The notes under the pieces are model-generated. The model was not told the DNA's origin. It worked only from the letters and a program-made list of their open reading frames with translations, and did not search any database. Both the position numbers and the translations under genes were made by a program. A stretch of DNA of 58,746 nucleotides, the filler included, from Circinaria calcarea (Eukaryota): assembly GCA_051942165.1 (NCBI GenBank). It is 8 parts of 8 records of this genome, joined end to end, with 100 filler letters (N's around TTAATTAATTAA, not from the genome) between each part and the next. Parts side by side here need not be neighbours in the genome. Positions count along the whole stretch, not along the records: positions 1 to 7,271 come from JAVECS010001371.1; positions 7,372 to 14,640 come from JAVECS010001372.1; 6 more parts are not named here. One strand, given 5' to 3'. Below are positions 1 to 9,256 of this stretch, piece by piece. The first letter of the stretch is position 1. Each line of letters begins with the position of its first letter.

Positions 1-91
1 ATCCCGGATCATTACTACGAAGTTTTTCATAAAAACTCATCCTTATAAATAATTAAGGCAGGCGTTAAAGGAAAAAAAGATTTCGCCGTTG

Positions 92-550
92 TGTTAAGAC
101 TCAGGTTTACGAGGGGGTCACGCTAAATAAGAAGGGGAATGGTATGAAGGAAGCACGGGCTAAGGGAGTGGCCGTGCCAAGCCTTGCCAAGACCACGTGA
201 CTTCTCAAAAGGGCAATACCGCTCAGGCGTTGGAACTTCCCAAAAGGGCAATACCGCTCAGGCGTTGGAACTTCCCAAAAGGGCAATACCGCTCAAGCAG
301 CGACAGAGCCGGATAACTGCCTAGTTGGGACTAGGGGGGAATTTCCTAGGTCTATATAACCCACGCTCTTTCCATAGTTGGGAGATCCTTCTTGATCTTC
401 CGTAGTCAACTTCGTTTAGGAATACGCTCTTTGAAAAACTCTATACGATATTCCCTGCGATCTTTAAGTCTCCCGTGGCATTGACATACTTGTCCCCCTC
501 TAAGACCCAACTCACCTTGGGCCGATCCTTTAGTGGAGCGGTTCATAACA
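92..550 (+). repeat. 5' LTR
   Basis: Starts TGTTAAGAC, ends TTCATAACA; roughly 95% identical to 6541-7001 by manual alignment; TATATAA at 353-359. Confidence 0.95.
201..298 (+). repeat. 35-bp tandem repeat (~2.8 copies) in LTR U3
   Basis: CTTCYCAAAAGGGCAATACCGCTCAGGCGTTGGAA at 201-235 and 236-270, partial copy from 271; also present in the 3' LTR. Confidence 0.9.
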
Positions 551-552
551 CT

Positions 553-560
553 TTGACTAC
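553..560 (+). promoter_or_regulatory. Putative self-priming primer-binding site
   Basis: TTGACTAC just inside the 5' LTR end is the reverse complement of GTAGTCAA at 402-409, about 43 nt downstream of the TATA box. No TGG-type tRNA PBS is present. Confidence 0.65.
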
Positions 561-583
561 CCTTACTTGGTCAAGTATCAATC

Positions 584-2548
584 ATGTCAGGAGCTCGTTC
601 AACATCTCCAGCTGCATCCGTGGCAGGATCGATGCACGGTGGAACCCAACGTCGAGAAGAGGAAAAGGACCAAGGACCTAAGGTGGAAACCTATTACGGA
701 GATCGTTCAAAGCTACGCTTTTTCCTAGCGCAGTTGAAGGTGTTCTTCGTTCTCAATCGGCGGAAGTACAACAGTGCCACACCTCAGGTATATTACGCAG
801 CAATGTGTCTAAGGGGGGCCGCGTTCGCGTGGTTCGAGCCCTACCTCAACGACAGACTAGGAGGGGAACCGTGTGATCAAGACACCATGAATATCTTCGA
901 CAGTTTTGAGAACTTCGAGGTGGCCATAAAGCAGGTCTTTGGGGTCGCTGACGAAGCCAGGACTGCTGAAAGAATCATACACCAGTTACGACAAAAGGGG
1001 TCAGCAGCCTCATACTGGTCACAGTTTCAGCAGGTCGCATCAAAACTCAGGTGGGAAGACAAGGTGCTTGAAGCAGTGTTCTATACAGGCCTAAAGGACG
1101 AGGTTAAGGAAAAGATGATCAATAACCGACCCACGGAATACCACAGTCTGGTGGAAACCGCAATCAGGATCGATAACGAAATCTACGAACTCAGAAGAGA
1201 AAAAGGAGGACGTGGAGGAGCGTATCGAGGGTACGGAGGATACACCTCGGCAACCAAAGGCAACTTCGGAGATCCAATGGACCTGGATGTCATGCAACAT
1301 GGTCGGGCCTCACGCCCACGGAGACCAAACCGCTTTCAGAAAGGTGCCAAGAACAACGACGAACGAGAGAAACGCAGAAGAGAGAACCTGTGCTATAATT
1401 GTGGAAAATCCGGACATCAGGCCAGAGAGTGCGAGACACGGGCCCAGGGACTGCATATGATGAATGATGATACAGCCGGTATAGTAGCAAAAAAGGCCGA
1501 CACTACTATAGAGAACCTGAAAGAGCAGGAAATCTCAGCACAGAAGGCACTCGCCGCAGCCCAAGGGCAGCTCGACGCACGCGAGGAGGAGTCAGACTGG
1601 ATACAGGTATACCATGAAGACCGACAAAAAGAACTCGACGAGGTGCGAAAGGAGTACGACGAGGAGCAAAGGCAGCTAGACAGGATACAGAACCTGCTAG
1701 TGCGCAAGGAACCAGCCAAAGAAAAGCAAAAAGAGATACCGCACGAGTGGTTATCATGGACAGCTTGCTACGACGACAGGTGCCTCACGCACATTTCCGA
1801 CAAAACGGGATCAGGGTGGTTTCCTCGGAAGCCAAGAACCCAACGACGCAGCAACAAAAACAAGGACCAGGAATCCTTATCCATGATGAACGCACCAATA
1901 GAAGTCTTGGATAACCAGCACGAGGTGGAAATAAGCGATACAGACGAAGAAATTGGAGATCCAGTACGAACCGAAGTACTAGAAATCGAGAAAACTCATA
2001 TCCTACTATCCACGCCGTTGTGGAAGGAAGTTCTATGCGAAACACACTGCGATTTGGGGACTCAACACCATCATGTGGTGTACGATAAGAAGACAGAACC
2101 CAAGTGCTACGCTCGAGAACTCAGGTTGGACTTGTGCCAGGAACAGGACTGCCCGGAGGGACCTGACCTGCACGTCCACCAAGGAAAGACGAATCAGACA
2201 ACAAGCAAAGTACATGTCCCGGAGCAGGTACGACAACGTATCTGGGGAGAAGGAGTCTCGGATTCGGAGAGAGATATGAAAGACGATGGGAAGACACTGG
2301 TGGTTCTACAACTAATCGACAATAGAGTTGATGACGAATTCATCAGCGCAATCTTTGAATGTACGGACATTCATTGCGACATATATTATCAAGAACATCA
2401 GCACGTGTACAACGTCGACCCAGCACAACCAAGGATACCCCTGAAGAGAGGAGCGTTTCAGACCTTGGTGATAGGAAGAAACGTCTGTGATCAGCAACAG
2501 TGTGAGTGGAGAGATGAGCTCCATGTCCACTTTCCAAAAAACGACTAG
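584..2548 (+). CDS. gag: Gag polyprotein (capsid, CCHC zinc knuckle, long Cys/His-rich C-terminal extension)
   Basis: 654-aa ORF; retrotransposon capsid-like region (LRGAAFAWFEP...LRQKGSAASY...FYTGLKDEVK); knuckle CYNCGKSGHQAREC. Confidence 0.93.
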   Translation: MSGARSTSPAASVAGSMHGGTQRREEEKDQGPKVETYYGDRSKLRFFLAQLKVFFVLNRRKYNSATPQVYYAAMCLRGAAFAWFEPYLNDRLGGEPCDQDTMNIFDSFENFEVAIKQVFGVADEARTAERIIHQLRQKGSAASYWSQFQQVASKLRWEDKVLEAVFYTGLKDEVKEKMINNRPTEYHSLVETAIRIDNEIYELRREKGGRGGAYRGYGGYTSATKGNFGDPMDLDVMQHGRASRPRRPNRFQKGAKNNDEREKRRRENLCYNCGKSGHQARECETRAQGLHMMNDDTAGIVAKKADTTIENLKEQEISAQKALAAAQGQLDAREEESDWIQVYHEDRQKELDEVRKEYDEEQRQLDRIQNLLVRKEPAKEKQKEIPHEWLSWTACYDDRCLTHISDKTGSGWFPRKPRTQRRSNKNKDQESLSMMNAPIEVLDNQHEVEISDTDEEIGDPVRTEVLEIEKTHILLSTPLWKEVLCETHCDLGTQHHHVVYDKKTEPKCYARELRLDLCQEQDCPEGPDLHVHQGKTNQTTSKVHVPEQVRQRIWGEGVSDSERDMKDDGKTLVVLQLIDNRVDDEFISAIFECTDIHCDIYYQEHQHVYNVDPAQPRIPLKRGAFQTLVIGRNVCDQQQCEWRDELHVHFPKND

Positions 2549-2590
2549 AGGATAGCCTCGCGAGGCAAGGCTATTCCTCCACGAAGCCTC
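2536..2590 (+). promoter_or_regulatory. -1 programmed ribosomal frameshift signal (slippery heptamer plus stem/pseudoknot)
   Basis: A AAA AAC in the gag frame at 2536-2542; pol is in the -1 frame and open from there. Stem GAGGATAGCCT (2548-2558) / AGGCTATTCCTC (2568-2579); loop GAGGC can pair with GCCTC at 2586-2590. Confidence 0.8.
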
Positions 2591-5500
2591 AGAACATCGA
2601 TATGACCTTTCTACCAACGACTTCGCAGCATATGGTCCTCACGGCCGAGCTGGAAGGAGAAAAGGTACAGGTTATGATCGATTGTGGAGCCAATCGGAGT
2701 TATGTATCAACTCGATTAGGGCAGAAACTGGCGCATAAAAAAGAAGACAAACGACAACCCTATCCACTCACGATGGCCGACGGGACCCCGGTCGACTTCG
2801 ATGGAGGATGGATCAGGAAAGAATTACGACAAGTTCGGTTGCGGATCGAGGATCACACGGAAGTGATTTCGCTCGATATAACGAATCTCAAGTACGATGC
2901 AGTACTCGGCATGGCATGGTTAACGACACATAATCCAATGGTGGATTGGAAGGCAAGAGTTCTCAAATTCCCATGCAGTCACGGGACGAAAACGGGAGAC
3001 AGATCACCTCCAAAGGTACCCTTCGCAAAGGCAATATGGGTGCGACCGCAGGGACGAGTGCTAGCTGGTACTAGTGAAGAGCTCCCCTCGGAATATCAAG
3101 ATTTTGAGGAACTATTCCAGGAGAGGGTCGGAGAGGCCGCTCTGCCTGAGCATAAGCCTTGGGACCATGAAATCCCAATAGAAGAAGGAAAGACTCCAAC
3201 GCATTATGGAGGTCTTATACCACTCTCCAAGAAAGAAGAAGACTTTCTCAAGAATTACATTGAGACACATCTTGAAAAGAAGTTCATACGGCAGTCGACT
3301 TCGCCTATATCTCACGGTGTGTTGTTTGCACCGAAGAAGGACGGAAGTCTACGACCTTGTATCGACTATCGCAAGCTCAATGCGCTTACCAAGAAGAACC
3401 GATATCCACTTCCTAGGATCGACGAACTACAAGATCGATTGTTAGGAGCCAAATGGTTCACGGCTATCGATATTAGGGACGCTTACTATCGAATCCGAAT
3501 GAAAGAAGGAGAGGAGTGGAAAACAGCATTCCGAACCCGCTGGGGTTTATACGAGTACCAGGTTATGCCTTTTGGCTTAACGAATGCACCAGCCTCCTTC
3601 CAAGCACTAATTAACAATACGCTACAAGAATATCTGGACGACTTCGCCTCAGGGTACCTGGACGATATCCTGATATTCTCGAAGACCTATAAGGAGCATG
3701 TGCAACATGTTCGAAAGGTGCTTCAGAAGCTGAAAGAAAGAGATCTTCCAGTAAAACTCAGCAAGTGCGAGTTTCACAAACACAGTATACGCTTCCTGGG
3801 CTATATTGTGTCGGATCAAGGACTATCGCCGGATCCAGAAAAAGTCAGGGCAATCGAGGAATGGCCAGAACCAACGACGGTGAAAGAAGTGCAGGCGCTA
3901 TTAGGAATATTGAACTACTATCGAAGGTTCATTGGAAACTTCTCCCATATAGCTGCCCCACTTACCGCGTTAACAAAGAAAGAAGTTAGGTTCAACTTCG
4001 GGGAGGATTGCAGGAAAGCCTTCAAGGAGCTGAAGCGCCGTCTGACGACAGCGCCGATCCATGCGAACTTCGACCCGGAAAAGGAGGCAGTTCTCGAAAC
4101 CGATGCATCGGACTATGCGATCGGAGCCTGCTTAACGCAGAAAGGGGACGATGGAAGAATGAGACCCATCGCTTATTACTCCAGGAAGATGACAGAGCCA
4201 GAGTTAAACTACGATATACACGACAAGGAATTACTAGCTGTTGTGGAAGCATTCAAGACGTGGAGAGTTTACCTTGAAGGCCTAGCAAAGCCGGTACAAG
4301 TGTACACGGATCACAAGAACCTGCTCTACTGGACGACAACGAAAGACCTCAATAGAAGGCAAGTCAGATGGGCTGAGACGCTAGCATCTTATGACTTTCG
4401 GATAAACCATGTCCGAGGAACTGAAAACGGAAGGGCGGACGCGCTGAGTAGAAGAGCAGATTACGCGGAGGGAACGAAACCGACTCCGGCATCAATACTC
4501 AAGAGAAACGGAGACCAGCTCACATACAAAACACCGATAGTGGCCATACAAGCACAGATGGATATTGAGCTATCCGAAGAACAAAGAAAATCTGTTATCA
4601 AGGAACGACACGACTTGAAGAGCGCAGGCCATCCAGGCATCAGCAAAACGATAGAACTGGTAACACGAGACTTTACGTGGCCAGGAATAAGACAAGATGT
4701 AACGAAGTACATCGAGGAGTGCGACACTTGCGCAAAAGCAAAACACTCAAGACATCGACCATATGGAAAATTGCAATCACCAGCAATGCCCGGAGAGGCA
4801 TGGTCATCGATAGCATTGGACTTCATCACAAAATTGCCAAAATCGGAAGAACCTCTCACAGGTATTAAGTACGATAGCATTTTGGTGATCGTCGACAGAT
4901 TGACGAAGTATGCGCACTTGGTGCCATATCTGGAAGCGTCCAACGCGGAAGACCTGGCATACACATTCACGAAGATAATCATAGCCCAACATGGGATGCC
5001 AGAAGAGATAATATCGGATCGAGACAAACTGTTTACGTCGCAGTTTTGGCAATCGTTGACAGATCAGCTTGGAACGAAACACAAACTATCAACTGCATAT
5101 CATCCGCAGACAGACGGACAGACGGAACGAACGAACCAGACAATCGAACAGTACCTCAGATGCTACCTCAATTATCAGCAAGACAATTGGGTTGAGCTCT
5201 TACCAATGGCACAGTTCGCGTTCAACAATAGCACATCAGTTACAGGAGTGTCGCCATTTTATGCCAATTACGGGAAACATCCGAACATATCGAGGGATCC
5301 AAGAGGGATCAAACCCATCGCTGAAAGAGCTCGAGTGTCAGTGGACAAACTCCAAGAATTACACGAAATGCTACAAGAAGAGTTAGAGTGGATAGCAGAA
5401 AGATCAGCGGTGCAGGCAAATAAGAAAAGATCTGCGGGACCAGATCTGAAAGAGGGGGGGATGGTCTACCTACTCCGAAAAAACATCAAGACAAAACGAC

Positions 5501-5952
5501 CAAGCGACAAATTGGATCATACGAAATTAGGGCCATTCAAGATAAAGAAGAAACTCGGACCAGTCACGGTCGAGTTAGAGATGCCCAAAGGAATGAGGAT
5601 CCACCCAGTATTTCACATATCATTACTGGAACCAGCAAAAGCGAATGCATCACCAGGACCAATCGAGATAGACCGAGAGACGCAAGAACCATTTTATGAA
5701 ATAGAACAGATACTCGGCTATCAAATCAAGAACGACAAACCCCATTACTTGATTCACTGGAAAGGATATCAGCATTCGGAGGATACGTGGGAACCAGAGG
5801 AACATCTTACCCCGACTGCGGTAAGGATATACCATCAGCAGAACCAAGTACCACGTCCCAGTCAATCGACTCCATCACCGGGAGTTCACCAGTCCAGACG
5901 AGATCGGGCTCGGCCAACACGACTTCCTGCTCGTTATCGAGAGGATTCATAA
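2542..5952 (+). CDS. pol: Pol polyprotein (aspartic protease, RT, RNase H, integrase, chromodomain), expressed by frameshift
   Basis: IDCGA protease motif; RT MPFGLTNAP/YLDD; RNase H TDASDYAIG...ELLAVV...TDHKNL; integrase H-H-C-C and DFIT/SDRD/TER; chromodomain YEIEQIL...YLIHWKGY...DTWEPEEHL. No stops. Confidence 0.97.
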   Translation, partial: RLEDSLARQGYSSTKPQNIDMTFLPTTSQHMVLTAELEGEKVQVMIDCGANRSYVSTRLGQKLAHKKEDKRQPYPLTMADGTPVDFDGGWIRKELRQVRLRIEDHTEVISLDITNLKYDAVLGMAWLTTHNPMVDWKARVLKFPCSHGTKTGDRSPPKVPFAKAIWVRPQGRVLAGTSEELPSEYQDFEELFQERVGEAALPEHKPWDHEIPIEEGKTPTHYGGLIPLSKKEEDFLKNYIETHLEKKFIRQSTSPISHGVLFAPKKDGSLRPCIDYRKLNALTKKNRYPLPRIDELQDRLLGAKWFTAIDIRDAYYRIRMKEGEEWKTAFRTRWGLYEYQVMPFGLTNAPASFQALINNTLQEYLDDFASGYLDDILIFSKTYKEHVQHVRKVLQKLKERDLPVKLSKCEFHKHSIRFLGYIVSDQGLSPDPEKVRAIEEWPEPTTVKEVQALLGILNYYRRFIGNFSHIAAPLTALTKKEVRFNFGEDCRKAFKELKRRLTTAPIHANFDPEKEAVLETDASDYAIGACLTQKGDDGRMRPIAYYSRKMTEPELNYDIHDKELLAVVEAFKTWRVYLEGLAKPVQVYTDHKNLLYWTTTKDLNRRQVRWAETLASYDFRINHVRGTENGRADALSRRADYAEGTKPTPASILKRNGDQLTYKTPIVAIQAQMDIELSEEQRKSVIKERHDLKSAGHPGISKTIELVTRDFTWPGIRQDVTKYIEECDTCAKAKHSRHRPYGKLQSPAMPGEAWSSIALDFITKLPKSEEPLTGIKYDSILVIVDRLTKYAHLVPYLEASNAEDLAYTFTKIIIAQHGMPEEIISDRDKLFTSQFWQSLTDQLGTKHKLSTAYHPQTDGQTERTNQTIEQYLRCYLNYQQDNWVELLPMAQFAFNNSTSVTGVSPFYANYGKHPNISRDPRGIKPIAERARVSVDKLQELHEMLQEELEWIAERSAVQANKKRSAGPDLKEGGMVYLLRKNIKTKRPSDKLDHTKLGPFKIKKKLGPVTVELEMPKGMRIHPVFHISLLEPAKANASPGPIEIDRETQEPFYEIEQILGYQIKNDKPHYLIHWKGYQHSEDTWEPEEHLTPTAVRIYHQQNQVPRPSQSTPSPGVHQSRRDRARPTRLPARYREDS

Positions 5953-6445
5953 CACCTAGGGCCAGCATCTCTCGTTGCAACATGCGTCTGGATATTTCTT
6001 TTAACCTGGCAATCCTTTCAGCCAGAGCAGCTTCTTCAAGCTCAGCAGCAGCAGTGCGTTCTTCGGCCTCGGCGGTGCGAAGGGCGGCTTCCTGCATTTC
6101 CTTACGAGCCGTTGCTTGTAAACTTCGAAGGCGAGAGGTCTCGCGATGACGCTCTTGGGCCTGTTTCTTTAACAGACGTTTCTGTTCGCCAACTTTCCGG
6201 AATTCTTCGAGAGAGAAGGTTCCATCACAATCGCGCTGACTGCGCAGACATTCCGCACATTTTATCGGTTCAGACCGGTCGTAATAACAAGTCAGGCCAT
6301 GTCTGGCACATTGGGAACATGCGACCATCGCTTCAGCTTTGGACTCCGAAATTGCACAGGCGAGATCAGCCCGACGAACCGTGGTGTTCCGCTTAGGCTG
6401 AGGAATCTTGAAGGTGGGAGGATAGAGGAGGCTAGAGCGAGGCAT
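5807..6445 (-). CDS. Antisense ORF3 of the retrotransposon: Zn(II)2Cys6-like cluster plus coiled coil (212 aa)
   Basis: First ATG at 6445. CSQC-x6-C-x9-CAEC-x6-C at 6227-6319, then an E/R/A/L-rich helical stretch. Lies between pol and the 3' LTR and overlaps the pol 3' end by 146 nt. Confidence 0.8.
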   Translation of the reverse strand: MPRSSLLYPPTFKIPQPKRNTTVRRADLACAISESKAEAMVACSQCARHGLTCYYDRSEPIKCAECLRSQRDCDGTFSLEEFRKVGEQKRLLKKQAQERHRETSRLRSLQATARKEMQEAALRTAEAEERTAAAELEEAALAERIARLKEISRRMLQREMLALGVMNPLDNEQEVVLAEPDLVWTGELPVMESIDWDVVLGSADGISLPQSG

Positions 6446-6527
6446 GGTCAGCCATGAAGAAAAAGAAAGAAAAGGAAGACCTCGAGGGGAACTCGCCAGC
6501 TTATGTATGCGCGGACGCACACAGGCT

Positions 6528-6540
6528 AGGAGGGGGATAA
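6528..6540 (+). promoter_or_regulatory. Polypurine tract
   Basis: AGGAGGGGGATAA immediately before the 3' LTR TG. Confidence 0.85.
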
Positions 6541-7001
6541 TGTTAAGACCCAGGTCTACGAGGGGGTCACGCTAGACAAGAAGGGGAATGGTATGAAGGA
6601 AGCACGGGCTAAGGGAGTGGCCGTGCCAAGCCTTGCCAAGACCACGTGACTTCTCAAAAGGGCAATACCGCTCAAGCGTTGGAACTTCCCAAAAAGGTAA
6701 TACCGCTCAAGCGTTGAAACTTCTCAAAAAGGCAATACCGCTCAAGCAGCAACAGAGCAGGATAACTTCCTAGTTGGGACTAGAGGGGAATTTCCTAGGC
6801 CTATATAACCCACGCTCTTTCCATAGTTGGGAGATCTCTCTTGATCTTCCGTAGTCAACTTCGTTTAGGAATACGCTCATTGAAAAACTCTACACGATAT
6901 TCCCTGCGATCTTCTTAAGTCTCCCGCGACATTGACATATTTGTCCCCCCTCAAGACCCAATTCACCTTGGGCCGATCCTTTAGTGGAGCGGTTCATAAC
7001 A
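6541..7001 (+). repeat. 3' LTR
   Basis: Direct repeat of 92-550 with TG...CA termini. Confidence 0.95.
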
Positions 7002-7271
7002 CGATACAGTAACGACAAACCGAGAAAAACAATTCGCCATATACTGTTATCAATTTCAAAAGAAAGATACGCCTGCATTTGACCCACTTCAACTGCCGGC
7101 AATTGTGTCCTTCGTATACACTACCGATCGAAAACGCCATACTGTAGCCGGTCGGGCCGTCACACGTATGCATGCTTCCATTCGCAAAGACGTCAAGTCT
7201 CACAGAAGACAGTCTATGAAGATGTACAAGTACGCCGTGCTATCCCAGCGTAAAGTCCCAAAGATATATAT

Positions 7272-7371
7272 NNNNNNNNNNNNNNNNNNNNNNNNNNNNN
7301 NNNNNNNNNNNNNNNTTAATTAATTAANNNNNNNNNNNNNNNNNNNNNNNNNNNNNNNNNNNNNNNNNNNN
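7272..7371. other. Artificial contig linker
   Basis: N run - TTAATTAATTAA - N run, 100 bp; stops in all six frames. Confidence 0.98.
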
Positions 7372-7789
7372 GTGATGGGGGAGGGGATTGAGCGGGGTCG
7401 AGGGATAGAGTTGATAGGTCGGATGGAAGGTTTCGGTTTGTTGTGGAGTCCCCCATTGTAACGGCGCACAACGACGGGATGCTCTAGATGTGACGGATGA
7501 AACAACTTCGAATTTTTGCATTTGTTTCGACATGTCAGTGCCCACATGCCGGAGCTAGCACGGACCTTTACCATATGCGGGAAACCTTATTTCGCCAATC
7601 TGCACGTCATGAGAAATCGGAGCAACAATGTCCGGGGTGTTCTTCATTTAATTCCTCACTTTTCTGCCAATTTGCTCCCATTGTCGTTTTGCCTATCAGA
7701 CTTAGAAATTTTTTTAAAAACAATTGTTGCCTATCGCCTTTCATTACCTTTCATTCCGCTCTATTGATTGTTCACTTTACCCTCAAAGG

Positions 7790-8605
7790 ATGAGAGCCTC
7801 TTCCCAGCTTCTCTTCCTGCGACCCTCCGCTCTTTTCGAAAACCCTATAGTTATTAGACCGTGTATACATACCTCTCAAACTCCTCAACGGCGACAACCG
7901 CCTCTCTCGCGCTCCTTCGTCACCAATCCTCTCTCACCCACTCTCCAAACCCTCCACGCAGCCCGCACGCTCCCTTACCCCGCTTCATCTCTCTATACCC
8001 TCATCGCCGACATTGCCTCCTACCCATCCTTCCTCCCTTATTGTACCTCCTCGACTATAACCGCATGGTCGAACGCCTCCTTCTCCGGCAGAAAATACCC
8101 CGCAGAAGCCGAACTCCGCGTCGGCTGGTCCGGCTACGATGAAGCCTTCAAGAGCAAAGTCTTCTGCGTACCCGAGACGGTAGTCGAAGCGGTCGCCGGC
8201 CAAGCGCGAACCACGATCCCGGACTCGGATCTCCACCATTACAGAAAGGGCGCCCGGGAGGAGACGGTCCCAGGGAATGAGCTGTTCGAGAGCCTGCTGA
8301 CGCGCTGGACGTTGCGGGAATTCCCGTTCAAGCCCCTTCCGCCGGATGGCAAGATCCCACAGGTGGGGAATGCGAGTCTGCCGAGCAGGGCGCGCACGGA
8401 GGTGAATCTGACCATCGAGGTCAAGTTTGCGAGCGCGGTGTATGCGGCGCTCAGTCAGGCTGCCGCGCCGAAAGTGGCGGGGGTGTTGATCGAAGCGTTT
8501 GAGAAGAGGGTGAAGGAGGTGCTGGGAGAAGGGGAGGTAGGCCCGGGAGAAAGGATGGGGGCCGAAGAGCATAGCGCGTTAGAGGGAAGCATCAGGCAGG
8601 ATTGA
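7790..8605 (+). CDS. COQ10: Coenzyme Q-binding protein COQ10-like (START/cyclase fold)
   Basis: R/S/L-rich presequence, then RTLPYPASSLYTLIADIASYPSFLPYC...AELRVGW...LFESLLTRW...IEAFEKR; single exon. Confidence 0.85.
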   Translation: MRASSQLLFLRPSALFENPIVIRPCIHTSQTPQRRQPPLSRSFVTNPLSPTLQTLHAARTLPYPASSLYTLIADIASYPSFLPYCTSSTITAWSNASFSGRKYPAEAELRVGWSGYDEAFKSKVFCVPETVVEAVAGQARTTIPDSDLHHYRKGAREETVPGNELFESLLTRWTLREFPFKPLPPDGKIPQVGNASLPSRARTEVNLTIEVKFASAVYAALSQAAAPKVAGVLIEAFEKRVKEVLGEGEVGPGERMGAEEHSALEGSIRQD

Positions 8606-9256
8606 GGGCGCCTTGAAGGGGAGCTGAAAGTTGGTGAATGCATGTTTTGCCCGGGAATTAGATACTGTATATAACGTTTGTTTGCATGGCGAGGTATTGG
8701 AGTTAGAACACTTCTTACAAAGACAGGTGTGATAGATAATGGAAAGACCCCCTTCAATCATTCAATCACCTTAATCCTTTCCATGACAAGTTTTTTTCAT
8801 AAACGAGGACGATAACTTCGTTAATCATATACCAAGGATTCGTAACCAAAACAGGTATATCTATCTATCTATCGAATGAGCTTTTTTCATCCTTTTATGA
8901 AAAAGGATACGAGTTGGAATGACGGGATGAAAATACAGTAGGTACAGTAAGAAATCATTCCTGATAGGGCAACCTCCTGAATCCGTGTTGAAGAATTAGG
9001 AAAGACTCCCAACTAGCTAGCTAGCTAGTCAGACCATCTAATCTTGAATCTTATACATCGTCCTATGCATAAAATGCGGTAAAGCCGCAGGACCTTGGTC
9101 TAATGATATTCCCGGCTCAAAAGCGTCCATTGCACGCTTTCAAAGTACGCCAATCGCAATCTCTTGCCCCGGGCTGTTAAATACAGCTAGCTATTCGAAG
9201 CTGGAGGCTTCCCTGCTGCGCATTCCTGCCTTCTTGGAACGTTCCACTCCAACCAC

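Larger units (their letters stand above)
92..7001 (+). mobile_element. Full-length Ty3/Gypsy LTR retrotransposon (chromovirus, Tf1/MAGGY-like)
   Basis: Two ~460-bp direct repeats bounded by TG...CA (TGTTAAGA...CATAACA); gag followed by pol in PR-RT-RH-IN-chromodomain order; polypurine tract before the 3' LTR. Confidence 0.97.

Noticed and set aside
201..298. 35-bp repeats as a CRISPR array
   Set aside because: Head-to-tail with no unique spacers, inside a eukaryotic LTR, no cas genes.
2680..2691. Protease motif DCGA instead of D(S/T)G as a sign of inactivation
   Set aside because: The catalytic Asp is intact and DCG variants occur in fungal Ty3/Gypsy proteases.
4461..5027. 188-aa antisense ORF within integrase (and similar shadow ORFs in COQ10, COG5, CDC20)
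   Set aside because: Fully nested opposite conserved coding sequence with no domain signature; expected shadow ORFs.
7002..7271. Open frame downstream of the 3' LTR possibly continuing the frame at 1-91 (interrupted host gene)
   Set aside because: No recognisable motif, the left part has a stop, and the TSD mismatch leaves the flank pairing uncertain.
7316..7327. TTAATTAATTAA as a biological repeat
   Set aside because: Always embedded in fixed N runs; an assembly spacer.
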